From: the human T2T-CHM13v2.0 reference genome, Homo sapiens | Length of the DNA: 64,000 bases | NCBI RefSeq assembly: GCF_009914755.1 | Contig: NC_060932.1 | Strand: one strand, 5' to 3' | Shown here: piece after piece, positions 10,352-22,036 of the stretch | How positions within the stretch are numbered: position 1 is the stretch's first letter | Layout: each line of letters begins with the position of its first letter | Position numbers and translations under genes: made by a program | The notes under the pieces: model-generated | Databases searched by the model: none | Told to the model about the DNA's origin: nothing | Seen by the model: the letters and a program-made list of their open reading frames with translations, nothing else

Positions 10352-12652
10352 GATAGCCGTAGCTGCAGCAGCTCCTGAAACCCCTCCCCAACCTCAGCCT
10401 CTCCAGGAGCTGCTGGGACAGGCATTCTGTCATGTGCACCTGCCTGGCCTCAGCCTGGTCCTTCCGCCTGAAGCTCCTCAGCCTGGTCCTCTCAGCCTCT
10501 TCCCTCTGCATGTGCTGTTCCTTCTGCCCGGAATGCTGTTTCTCTCCCTGTGCCACCTGGTGAAGGCTCCGGGCACCCACAGTCATTGTTCCACAGAGCT
10601 CTCCCTGAGCCCCTCTGATGCCCTAGTGCCCTGGATGCCCCTGCCCCAGGGGGAGAGCTATGATCCCACAATCTGAAGGGCACCCGCTGGGCTCATCCTT
10701 CCCAGGGTCTTATTGACTTCCCTCAAGATGCCCCTGGGTGGGTGTTTCTGGCCCCACTGTGCCTGTGGGGAACCAATACAGAGGGGCTAAGTCATGTGTC
10801 CGGGCTCACCCAGCTGGGGTGCAGGAGGGGCTGAGCTCTGCCTCAATCTGCCTGCTGGCACTTTGTCCCAGTGCCTGGGATCAGCCTTCTGCGGCACCCA
10901 GCCCTGTGTGTGGAGGGAATCAGAGGCCCCAGGCCACACAGCCCCGTGCAGTTTGGAGGTGTCAGACCAGGACTTAGACCCCAGCACTGCGGGCACAAAT
11001 GGGTCCCAGGCAGACCTGGCCCCACCTTTCCGAGCTGACAGCTCAGGGTAGGGTGGGAGGTGGCTGGTCACGGCCGGGATGGGCCTCAGGACAATCAGAG
11101 GGAAGAGCGCTCCCGGCAGCAGGAAGGGCACAGTGAGCATGAAGGGCCAGAGGTGGGAAGGAGAGTCTGTGTTCAGGGCTCTGTGAGACACCGGGGGCGT
11201 GGGGAGGGCTTTGGGACGTATGGTGAGGGGATCAACTTAAGGTTCTTTGGGCCCTGACGCCCCTCCTCAGGGAGGCCCTCCAGAGCCCACAGCCCCGCAC
11301 GCCTGCACCGCCTGGCTTCCTTCGCAGTGCCCTGCCACGCGCAGTTCCCTATGTCCCTGCTTTCCTGTTCGCTGTGCTTCCCTCACTGAACTGGAGTGCC
11401 TCAGGGGCCCTGGCCTTGGCTGGCCCCTCTGAGTCACTGAGTCACTGCTGAGTGATGGAGTGGATGATTTTAGAATACCCCTCTGATCTCCTTGAGCCTC
11501 AGTTTCCTCATCTATAAAGAGGAGATGCTAATACCACTTAACAAGAAGACAATGAAGCCACCCCGTGGGCTCCAGGAGCTGCTCAGAAATGGTCCAAACT
11601 GCATGGCCCCCACGCCCGGCTCTCCAGCCGCAGACCCCGCCTTTGCTGATGGGCCCACACCGTGTGGCTCAGAGAGGGGCAGCGACTTGCCACGGCCACT
11701 CAGCAGACCGCCCTGGAGCCCAGCGACTGGATGAGTCCTGGGGGGAGAGGGGAGGGAAGACCCAGGATGACCAGCTGTTGAAGGAAGAAGACAGGGCAAG
11801 TGGACAGGCCCAGCCTCCTGCGGGGTGCATTCCCCGTCCTGCGAGGTCGCCAGCTGCTCCACGTCTGCCCCGCCAGCACCCTGGCTGCTGGCCAGTTCCC
11901 AGCCCGCTGCCCCCTCGGGACCCTGTCCTGCCGCCTTCTCACAGCGCAGTCCCAGTGCGAGCTTCGCGGGGCTGGAGCCAGCTTCTAGGTCCACACTGAG
12001 GGCTGGCAAGCAAGCCTTCCCTGGGACTCAGTTTCCCCACCCCTAAGGGGTAGAGACAGCACCAAGGCTACTGCAGAGGGCCTGAGCTGTGGGATGGCAG
12101 GACGGGCACTCTGAAGAGGGAGCATGGCGCTTGGAGCCCATGCCCACAAAGCCCTCACCATGGCCCTGCCCCAGCTGCGGGGTGGTGGTGGCTGAGGCCC
12201 CAGAGCCTGCCAAGTGCCTCTGGGGTCCCCCAACTCTGTCCCTGGCTTGGCCTGTGGGCCACCCTGCTGCCTTGCCAGGTGGGGAAACCAAGACCCAGCT
12301 CTGGGCACCCAGCAGATGCTCGGTGAGTGTTGAACGGAGGGATGAATGAGTGAATGAATGAAATCCAGAGTTGGGTGGGCACCTAGCAGCGCAGCTCCCC
12401 CTTATGCAGCCAGCCCAACTCACGCCCATGTTCTCCCTCAGGTCTCTGTTTTCTCATCTGAGAAATGGCTCCCTGTCCAGCAGGACCTGCTCTGAGCTCT
12501 CCCCAGCCCGGATCTGGAGGCAGTTTCTCTGCCCTGCCCTTCCCACTCCTGCTTGGCTGGGGGTGAGAACCCCTGCAGGGAGCAGCTCAGGAGCCTCCTA
12601 TCTAGGGAAGCTGGGGAGAGGGAGGCTGGGGCCAGCCCACAGGGGAACTTAC

Positions 12653-12738
12653 CGCGCTTCACCCGGGCAGGCTGGAGATGGGAGTCCTCAGCTCTCAGCT
12701 CTGCATGCAGCCCGGACCTCGCCTTCCTACGGCCTGAC
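12653..12738 (-). other. GPR20: GPR20 non-coding exon 1 (5' end approximate)
   Basis: Perfect donor GCG|GTAAGT at 12652-12647, local CpG enrichment, and adjacent CRE and GC boxes. Consistent with the recalled two-exon, roughly 11-kb gene structure. Confidence 0.8.
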
Positions 12739-12810
12739 GTCAGGCCAGCGCTTGGGGCTCCTTTTGGGCAAAGGCAGGGTGGGGGCGGGGCAGGCTCCTT
12801 CCCCGCCCCC
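12731..12810 (-). promoter_or_regulatory. GPR20 proximal promoter: full CRE and two Sp/KLF GC boxes
   Basis: TGACGTCA at 12735-12742, GGGGGCGGGG at 12781-12790, CCCCGCCCCC at 12801-12810. Confidence 0.7.
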
Positions 12811-12844
12811 AGGAGGAGTCAAGGCTCAGAGCCTGAGGGACGGT

Positions 12845-13407
12845 GCCTGGGGCACCAGAGTCCCCACACCCACTGGAGACAGAAGAAGAAACCGAGGCAC
12901 AGAGGGGCCTGGGGCACCAGAGTCCCCACACCCACTGGAGACAGAGGGGGAAACTGAGGCACCGAGGAGCTGAGCCTCAGCTGCACCATCCAGGAGGTGG
13001 TGGCTGGCACTTGTGTGTGCCGTGTGCAGGGCAGGAGGTGGGAAACTGAGGCACGGAGGGGCTAAGCCTCAGCTGCACCATCCAGGAGACAGTGGCTGGC
13101 ACTTGTGTGTGCTGTGTGCGGGGCAGGAGGGGGAAACTGAGGCACGGAGGGGCTGAGTCTCAGCTGCACCATCCAGGAGATGGTGGCTGGCACTTGTGCG
13201 TGCTGTGTGCGGGGCAGGAGGGGAAAACTGAGGCACAGAGGGGCTGAGTCTCAGCTGCACCATCCAGGAGACGGTGGCTGGCACTTGTGTGTGCTGTGTG
13301 GGGGGCAGGAGGGGGAAACTGAGGCACGGAGGGGCTGAGTCTCAGCTGCACCATCCAGGAGATGGTGGCTGGCACTTGTGCGTGCTGTGTGCGGGACAGG
13401 AGGTGGG
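12845..13407. repeat. Compound VNTR: 2 x 62 bp followed by 5 x ~91 bp
   Basis: gcctggggcaccagagtccccacacccactggagacaga at 12845 and 12907. aaactgaggcac anchors at 12951, 13043, 13134, 13225 and 13316. Confidence 0.95.
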
Positions 13408-16400
13408 AGCACACGAAAGCCCAATTTCCTTCCCGGGAGGGGGCATGTGCATGGTAGCTTCAGCCCACGCAAGCCTGGGTTCCTGCATGGCTCTCTGTTT
13501 TGCATGTGTCCTGGGTTTGGCTGTGTCTGTGTGTACCCATGACCGACAGCCTGCACACCTGGCATCTGGGCCTCTGTTTGCACCCATGCACCGGTGGCAT
13601 GTGGCATGTGGGGTCAGGTGTGTGGGAAAGACCTGGACGTGACCCAGGCCAGCAGGTGGGGAGAGCGTGTGGGACCCGGACCTCAGTGCTGGAGGAAGCG
13701 TGAGCTCATCAACAGGCTTGATCCCAGAGGGCTGCTGGAGGGCCACTCTCCCCAGACAGCTTCAGAGCCAGGAGGCCTTGTGGCCAGCCTGGGGTGGCAG
13801 CGGGGGTTGTCGGGGAGCGGTTGGGGCCATTTAGTTAGTGTCTCCTCTGCCGAGAGCACCATCTCCTCTTGTTCCCATCCCGTGTGCTTCTGCTGATACT
13901 CACACTTTAACCTTCCAGCCGCCTGAGTGCCGAGGCCCTGCTGAGTGGGTTGTACTGCACACCGGAGACTCAGGGAAGGCTCCCCAAGGGAGGGGCTGGG
14001 CCTTCCCGAGCTCAGGCTGGTTGTAATGCAGACCAACAGGAGAGAGTAGGTGGGCCCTAGGGTCCTGACCCAGCCTGCTGGGGAGGGATGCCGTCTGGGA
14101 AGGCTTCCTGGAAGGGGCAGAGGGAGGTATAACAGGAGGCAGGCAGCCCAGATGGGCAGAGGGACAGGAGGCCATCAGAATATTTCCTGGGGAGCAAAGC
14201 TGGGAGTGGGCAGGGGACTTCTACACTGAGTCTCAGCAGCCTCTATGGGTACCAGAGTGCTGCAACAGGGAGCCATTGAAAGTTCTGGGAGAGGATGGTT
14301 TCTTCACTCTGGAGCAGCCTCCCTGCGGCTGCAGGGCTGAGCCCACAGGCTGCAATTATCTCCTTTAGAACATCGTTGTGTCTGTTTTAGCTGGGGAAAC
14401 TGAGGCCCAGAGAGGCACAGGAGTCTCTGGCCACCAGCCTCTTGCACCTCTCTGGACCAGGACTGGCTCCTGGCAGGCAGGGTTTCACCGGGCTTGTGGA
14501 AGGTGGGGGTGGATGCAATGTCATTTTTGTGTGGGGGTGGCCTGGAGGCAGCCCAGATTGGGCAGGGCTGGAGCCAGAGGAGGCTCAGATTTCCTGAGCA
14601 GGCGAGGGTGGCTGAGTCACCGCACCAGTGCCAGGCCTCATGCCCACCTCTGAGGGCCTGGGGCTCCAGCCTTGCACTCTCAGGCTTGTTCTCAGAGAAA
14701 TCTCAGAGACGGTCCCCCAGCAAACAGCGGGGAACTGCCTGGGGAGGGGTCACAGCCCACGCCAGCCTCCCTGACTCCTCCCCCAGGGAGACTCTTCTCA
14801 GCAGGACCCAGGGATCCTCTTGGGGGGACACCAGGGATGGGGGTCCCGAGCTCAGGGCCAACACTCCACAACCCTCAGAGGAGACAGGGCACAGGGACAA
14901 TTTCCTCCTTGTCATCTTTATCAGGCTGGCAGGTCAGGCCAGGCTGTCTGTGACTGGGGTCAGGGGTCAGAGGTCAGAGAGTGGCTGTGCCCAGGGTCAG
15001 GACCCCTTCAGGTGTGTCTGACTGGCCCTTCGCAGGGCAGGACTGCTCATCCTGGGCTCTGGCACACTTTGCAGGGTGGGAGGGGCCCCTTGGGCAGACA
15101 CTGTAGGGAACTGGGCCTGGTGGAGAGCCCTCTCAAGCCCATGGAAGCATCCTTGGAGGCCCTGCCAGCGGTGAGGCATCAGCAGCCTACCATTCCTCCT
15201 TCCCCAAGGGACAGGGTGCAGGGAAGCGCCACAATGATATCTCCACATGAGCCGCCAGCAGGGCTACCAGGCCACCCTGGGCAGGAGGCAGAAGTGGCCC
15301 CTTGTGAACCTCCATGGGAGCCAGGTGGACCCATGGCTCCTGTCCTCCACCCTTGGCCTGTGACGCCAAGGCCCTCTCGCTGTGGCAGCTGCAGTTGGGA
15401 ATCCCATAACGCTGCAATCAAGACTGACAAGCCCCGCCCATCATGGGCAGTGCTGGCACTGTAGGGTCCCCATCCTGAGGGATGAAGCCAACAACGGGCC
15501 ACTGAGCAGTCCCCGGGGTGGAGAGGGCTCAGGATAATGGGGAACAGCAGATGGTGGTGACAGGCGGGTTCTGCCACCCCTGCTGGTGCCTGACACCGCA
15601 GACCTCGTCTGTCCTCCTGAGAGACCCTCGTCTTGGTGCCACTCGAGGATGTAAACAGCCCCGGGAGGCTGGCAGCCGTTTTCTGCCATGTGTCCAGGGG
15701 TGAGGTCCTCCCAAGGGGGCCTGCGAAGGTGGGGTGATGCCAGCCAGCTCTGCAGGACTCCCACCTACTCGAGAGGCCAGAGCTATGGAGGAGGGGCAGA
15801 GGGGGAGTGCAGAGCTTCCAGATGAGGGGTGATCGGGAGACCTGCAGGCTCCTTCCTGGGGGGTCCAGTGCCCACAGGCCCTCTCCTGCACTCTGGACTT
15901 GCTGGGTAGCGGGCAGGCACCTGCCATTGAGCTGGGGTGGGCAGGAGCCTTTCTCTGCCCCAGGGAGAGGTGAGCCTGCATGTCCAGGGAATGTGGGGGC
16001 CCCTTGTGCAGCCCTGGGTTCAAGCCCAGCCTGGCGCCTCCCTTGTCTGCTCTGATCCTCAGCCTTGGCCCTGTGGCCTGTGCTCACGGCTGGGAAGGGG
16101 CGTCCCTCCTCTCAGGAAGCGCTGGGTCCTGCCGGCCACATCACAGCTCCACAGGGAGGCTCAGCCCCACAGTGGGAACCAAGGAAACTGGGCTGGGGGT
16201 ACAGGGACAGGACCAGCCCCAAGGCCCACAGCAGTGAGGGGCAGCCTGGGCCCAGTCTGCGGCCTCCTCCTATCTGAGGGGAAGACGCGGACCCCACGGT
16301 AGCAGAGCATGTCGGGGCTCCAGGGGTGGAGGCTAGAAGAACCAGGGCAGGCTATGAGACCCTGCAGGGCAGAGCCTTTGAGAGGTGGGTGGGGAAGTAC

Positions 16401-19400
16401 CCAGAGTCCGGGATCATCCAGGCCAGTCTTGGCTGAATGCCTGGAACTCAGCCACAACTGGGGACGTCCAGGGTACCTGGTGCTGTGCCTGGTGCACAGT
16501 TAGCGCGCGGCTCTGGGGCTCTAGGGAGTCATCCTAGGGTGGCTGCTGGGACTGCTACCCTCTGGGCTGGCCCCCTCGGTGCCCCAAGGCACCCCCTTAT
16601 GCCTGCTCAACACTGAGGGTTCCCCCCAGGGCATCTTGTCTCAACATCTGCTCTTACACACAGGGAAACTGAGGCCCAGAAAGGGAGGAAGGCCTGTCCA
16701 AAGTCACACAGCAAATGGGGCATGCAGACCCTGGCTGGAACCATGCCTGGCTTGCAGCCCCCCAGTACCCTTCTGTTAAACCCAGTCTCATGGACTGTGG
16801 GAAGGGGCACCCACAGAACACTGCCTCATCATGGGGTCTGGCAGGGCTGTGGCCCTGGCCACAGCTGGCACAAGGTGGTGAGACTCAGTGTGGGCTGGTA
16901 CTGCTGAAGGGGCCCACACGGAAGAAGCTGCAGCCTTGAGCCCCATGGAGCCCAGGGAGGGTCCCCGCAGGGAATGGCGGGGGACAGCAGCGCGGGGCTT
17001 ATTGGTGAGAAAGCAGAGGGAAAGCCCCAGGCTCCTAAGACCCAATCCGGGAGGGATTGCTGGTGGAGGAGGTCTGGTGACCAGCCTTGCAGGCTCTCCC
17101 AGGATTCACACTGGCTCTGCCTGGCCTTGCCATGGGTCCAGGAGCCTGGGGTGAGGTCTGAGTGTGGAGTGTGGAATGCGTGTGGGGCTAGCTGAGTCTT
17201 AGCTTACAGAATGGGGCAGCAGGGCCTCAGGGGGAACACTGGGACCAGAGGACCTTGGAACCCGCCAAGTTGGCCCCACCTTTTATACATGTGGAGATGA
17301 AGGCCGGAGAGGGGCTTCAGCTATCGAAGCTCCGAGGCAGCTCAGCTCCATGCCAGCCTTCCTGCCACCTGGGCAGGGGTGCCCCTTCACGCCCTGGCCT
17401 TCTTGTGGCCAGCCAGGTTACAGCTGGCAGCTGGGCAGGGGTGCAGTTCCCACCATCTGGGTCTCCAGGCCCACCCAGGGCCAGCCCAGGAGGTGCTGGG
17501 TGAGTGGTGGGTTCCCCCAGGGCAGAGACAGCAGGAAGAGGATTGCCACCGTGGGGGGCTTCCCGTGTGTCCCGTTCCACCTGGCCTGTGCCTGGACCAG
17601 CACTTCTCATCCCGCCCACCTCCTGGTGAGGGTCCTCACAGAGAGCAAGGGGACTAAGTCCCTTCCCTCCCTCGGGCTCACACAGCTGGGCCCCTGAAGA
17701 GTCAGGCAGGAACCTGGGAGCTCAGAGGCCAGGCCACTGGGCTCCCACCACCCCGGGACCTTCCACTTGGGGTTTGAGGAGGCGGCCGAGCCTTTGGGGT
17801 CTGACCCACGTTGGGGCTGCTGTGGCAATAGACTCCCCAGGGAGAGGGAGAGGGGAAGCCCCGGGACCCTCTCAGGGGCCTGGCCCTGCTCCCTCTCTCC
17901 ACAGCCTCCTCTGACACTTGGCCCAGCCAGGGAGGGGCTCTAGTGGGATCAGCACAGGTGCCAGAGCAAGCACAGGTCCAGCAGGCTTGGTGGCCGGGGG
18001 TGGTGGCCATGCGGGCCCTGCTTGGCACCTCTTATCCCAGGCACTGGAACACAAAACAGGGCAGAGTATGAGGCACTGCTGCGTGGAGCCCTCCTGGGAT
18101 GTGATCCAAGGGTTGAAACCCCTGGTCTAGCAGGTCAGTCACTCAACATGCAGCGCTCACCGAGACAAGTCTATAACAGCTGCCGCTCACTGAGAGCTTC
18201 TGGCGGGCCAGGCACAGGGGAAGCACTTCAGGTCTATTAATTCCCCCAAATAATCTTATAATGGGGCATCCTGTTCCCATCTTCAGAAGAGGAAAGGGAG
18301 GCTCAGAGAGGCAAAGTCACTTGCCCAAGGTCATGCAGCTAGGAGGGTGGAGCTGGGACCAGGCCTGGAGTCTCTCAGCCCTTACAAAGCCCCCAAATTG
18401 CCAGAGCTTTCTCTCTGGAAGCTCCAGGAACCCATCACCTGGGGAACTGTGACAAGGACCCCACAGCCCGGGAACCCCAGGGGAGAGAGTGTGAGGTCTA
18501 AGATCCCTCCTGGGCCCAGGCGCCTGCCCGGGGTGGCCCAGGCCAGCCACCACAAACTGGCCAGGCTGGGCTGAGCTGCAACTCCCTCTAGAGTTGGCCC
18601 AGTCCACCCAGGTCAAGAACAGGCCACGTCCCCAGCAGGGCTCGGGACCTGCTTTCTATTTCAGCACTTCCCAGCCCCCGATGGCCCCTTGGGACAGGAA
18701 TAGCTGTGTCTGTCTGTGTCTGTCTGCTCGGCAGGCCTCAGAGGAGCGGCCCCGGGTACCCGGGTTCTCCTGACCTTGGCTTCCTCGTTGGCCCAGGAGC
18801 AGGGAGCATGGATGTCCAGGGGTAGTGTCCGTGTGGGGACGCTGCAGTGGCAGCTGCTGTTCTCTGCCCAACCCCTCCACCTTCCCTCATAGCAATGAGC
18901 TTTGGTCACTGTGAGTGGCCAAAATGGCCTAGGCCAGCACAGGCTAAAAGCTACTGGCTGGACATCTGGCACCGGTGGGCAGGGAAACTGGTGACCTCTA
19001 AGGAGCAGGACGTGGAGACCCAGGCTCTGAACTCTCTGGCTCTGAGAACAACTTTTAGGAAGTTGCTTGGGTTCAGGGTTTCTGGGACAAGCCCTCCCAA
19101 GCACTGGTCACAAGCTCAGGACCGAGAATGTGACCCCAAGGTCTCTCCTCACTGTCTCTGCAGAAGCCTGAGAGCCTTCCCACCTGCACAACTCTGCCCC
19201 ACTGTTCTCTCCACCTAGAAGGCCTTTCCCACGGATCCAAACCAGCCTCTAGCCACAAGGCCACCTCTTCCAGGAAGCCTGCCCTGACTGGTTTGTCTTA
19301 GCCCTGAATTCTGAGGGCAGTCTGGGCCTGGATCAATTGCTGGGATTTTCCTGGGCCAAGTTTGTCTCCAGCCAAATGTTTGACTCCTCTGAGACACGGC

Positions 19401-19974
19401 CAACGTTTCGCTGGTTTCTTCCTCCTTTCTGTTGCTGAGCATGTGGGGAGGTATATAGTAGAAGCTTAATAAATGCAAATGCCTACTCATTTTAAAAATG
19501 GGTGGGAAGGGCAGGGCTCCAGGCTGCCATGGCCCCATTGCAGGCACTTGGGCCCCTTTTCTGCCTGTATAAACTTTCCCACAGAGCCTTCCGGGGTGGC
19601 ACACACTGCTCTTACGAACAGGAAGTTCTTTCCCGTTTCTAACCTTAGTCCTTCCTGCAGCAGCTTCATCTCATTCTGGCTCCTAAGAGCTGGACCTGCT
19701 CACCCTGCCCTCTCCTCCTAGGGGCCAGGAGACCATCTCTTAGTAAGTGAAAGGGATGCAGTGGTCCTGGGGGATGGCGGCAGTGGGATGGACCGCTGAT
19801 GTTACCTCCACTGTCATAAGCAAGGAAACTAAGCTCTGAGGAACCACCCAGCTACTGAGAGGTGGAGCCAGGATTTGAACCATTCAGGTGAGCCCAGGGC
19901 CTCGGACTGGCTCCCATGGCTGTGAGCCTCACATTTCCCTGTGCGGAGACCCTCCTGCAGTGGGTTCCTCCCCT

Positions 19975-20350
19975 ACTCACCAGGGCTGACCCCTACCTCC
20001 CAGGGGAGCCCTGGGCAAGTCCCAGCCTGTCTCCTTCCCGACCTGGGTCTGTCCATCTGGGCAGTGGGGGTACAACCCCAGCGAGGCGGTGGAGGAGTCA
20101 GGGCCACTATTTATAGAGGCCTGCTGCCTCTGCCGACTGCCTGCCGCCCTGGAGGAGTGCGCGGGAATGGGAGGAGGGAAGCTGTTGTTGGCGGGGTAGG
20201 TTACGTTCCGGAAGGCTGGTGCCAACTCTCCCGGTTGGCAAGCGGGGGAGGGCGCTGGGAACCGAGCAAAGGGGAGTGGATGGCACCCGCCAATGGGCGG
20301 TCCCAACAGGGTAGGCGGGGCCCTGGCGGGGGCTGCAGACCAGATCTCAC
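19975..20350 (-). promoter_or_regulatory. Candidate promoter or enhancer with a putative first exon
   Basis: CpG-enriched patch. CTATTTATAG 20107-20116 (MEF2; TATAAATA on the minus strand), CCGGAAG 20208-20214, CCAAT 20290-20294, GGGCGG 20295-20300, minus-strand donor GTGAGT 19980-19975. Confidence 0.45.
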
Positions 20351-21289
20351 GTGCCTCTGCTGAGGCCCCAGCCCAGGACCCCGAAATCCAAACTTCTCTG
20401 AGACAGGGAAGCATTTAGGTAGGTTTGACACAAGCTCACTCAGCCGCGTAAACTGACTGGACCCAACCCGAGGGTATTCAGCATCCATTTATCCCTCCCG
20501 GTGGGCATACCAATAAGGCTCGTGGCAGAAGTATCAGTGTGTGTGGTGGAGGTGCTTCCCAGACCCCATGGGGTGTATGTGACCTCCGCTAGGTGCATCT
20601 CACTGTCTTTCTAAAATCTGAGCCAGACCCTGAAATGCACACAGCCTCAAAAGTTTCTACAAGCCACTGTGAACCTGATTGTCTCCTGCATTTTACAGAC
20701 GAGAAACCTGAGACTTGGAGAAGGGACCAGCGGGTGGCCGGGACCTGCCCTGGGGGCTGAGACGAGGACTCCTTGGGATCGGAATTCCAGCCCTTGCTGG
20801 TGGGGCCCAGTTTGAGGTTGTCCCAAGAGCTATGGAGTCTCTCACTAAGGAAGTACCTTCCCTGTCTCTGCTACCCCCTAAAATCGGCCTGTTCTGTCCT
20901 GAGCGGTCTTCCTGGAGGCCTCCCAGGGGAGCTCAGCCCCCACTGGCAGCCCTGGCTCTGCCTAGTTCTGAACCCCTACCGGCTGTTGTTCACTGTCTGG
21001 GGCACAGACCCTCTCTGCCTCCAGCCCCATGGGTGCTGATCCAGGAGGGGCTACCTCCTCCAACTCTGTCACTGCTCCTCCAGGGTACCAGCTGAGGCCA
21101 GGTCCTCAGGTGCTTTGGAGGTGGGAGTGAGAACTAGGCTCAAAGTCTAAGCCCCGGGCTCAGGTCCCAGCATGGCCCCTGACCAAGGCCAGGGTTTCGT
21201 GGCTCAGAGCCTCAGCTGGCTCACTTGGAGTCAAGAGCATTGGACTCTGTCCTGACCAACTCGTGGGGCCATATGGGGGGTCAAGTGTG

Positions 21290-21500
21290 AGGCCTGGGTC
21301 AGGGCTCAGCCTGTGACCAGGGTCAGAGTTCACTGTGTGACCAGGATCAGGGCTCAGGCTGTGACTAGAACCAAGGATCAGTGTGTGACCAGGGTAGGGG
21401 ACCAGTGTGTGGCCAGGATCAGGGCTCAGTGTGTGAGCGGGATCAGGGCTCAGTGCATAAGCGGGATCAGGGCTCAGTGTGCGAGCGAGATCAGGGCTCA
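21290..21500. repeat. 24-bp minisatellite, about 8-9 diverged units
   Basis: gggctcagtgtgtgaccaggatca-like units. Confidence 0.85.
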
Positions 21501-21691
21501 TCCTCTGGCTGGAGTCAGCAGTCAGGGTACTCAACCCGATGCAGGTTACCCCCCATCTACTCTGGCCCCCTTAAGAAGGCCTCTCATAGACCAGGTGGCC
21601 CTACGTAGGGCATTTCTCATGACCTCTGCGCCTTGTCCCGGGGTGGGGTTGGCGGTCCTCTTTCCAGTGAGGAATAGGGAGGTGCTCAAAG

Positions 21692-21784
21692 TCCCCTCCC
21701 AGGCTCTCCCCATATCCCCTCCCAGGCTCTCCCCACATCCCCTCCCAGGCGCTCCCCACATCCCCTCCCAGGCTCTCCCCACAT
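21692..21784. repeat. 23-bp minisatellite x4
   Basis: tcccctcccaggctctccccaca starts at 21692, 21715, 21738 and 21761. Confidence 0.9.
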
Positions 21785-21919
21785 CTTTCTCACAGTAGAG
21801 CTGCTGGGGTCTGGGATCCAGCAGGCCTGCCCGTGCAGGGCCCCAGGCCACTTCCTGCTTATGAGGCGTGTCAGAAGGACAGAGAGCAGGCCCGGAAGGT
21901 GCTTAGCTGGTGGGGGCGG

Positions 21920-22036
21920 CTGGGAGCCGCCGAAGCTCAGGAAGAGGTGAGGGAGCCTGGGTAGGGCAGGCACATTCCTGGGAGCGGCTGAAGCTCAGGG
22001 AAGAGGTGAGGGAGGCTGGGTAGGGCAAGCACGTTC
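21920..22036. repeat. Tandem duplication, 2 x ~58 bp
   Basis: ctgggagc..gaagctcagg(g)aagaggtgagggag..gggtagggca occurs twice. Confidence 0.8.

Noticed and set aside
12950-13407. Regularly spaced repeats resembling a CRISPR array
   Set aside because: Whole units are repeated with no unique spacers, there are no cas genes, and the context is human. It is a VNTR.
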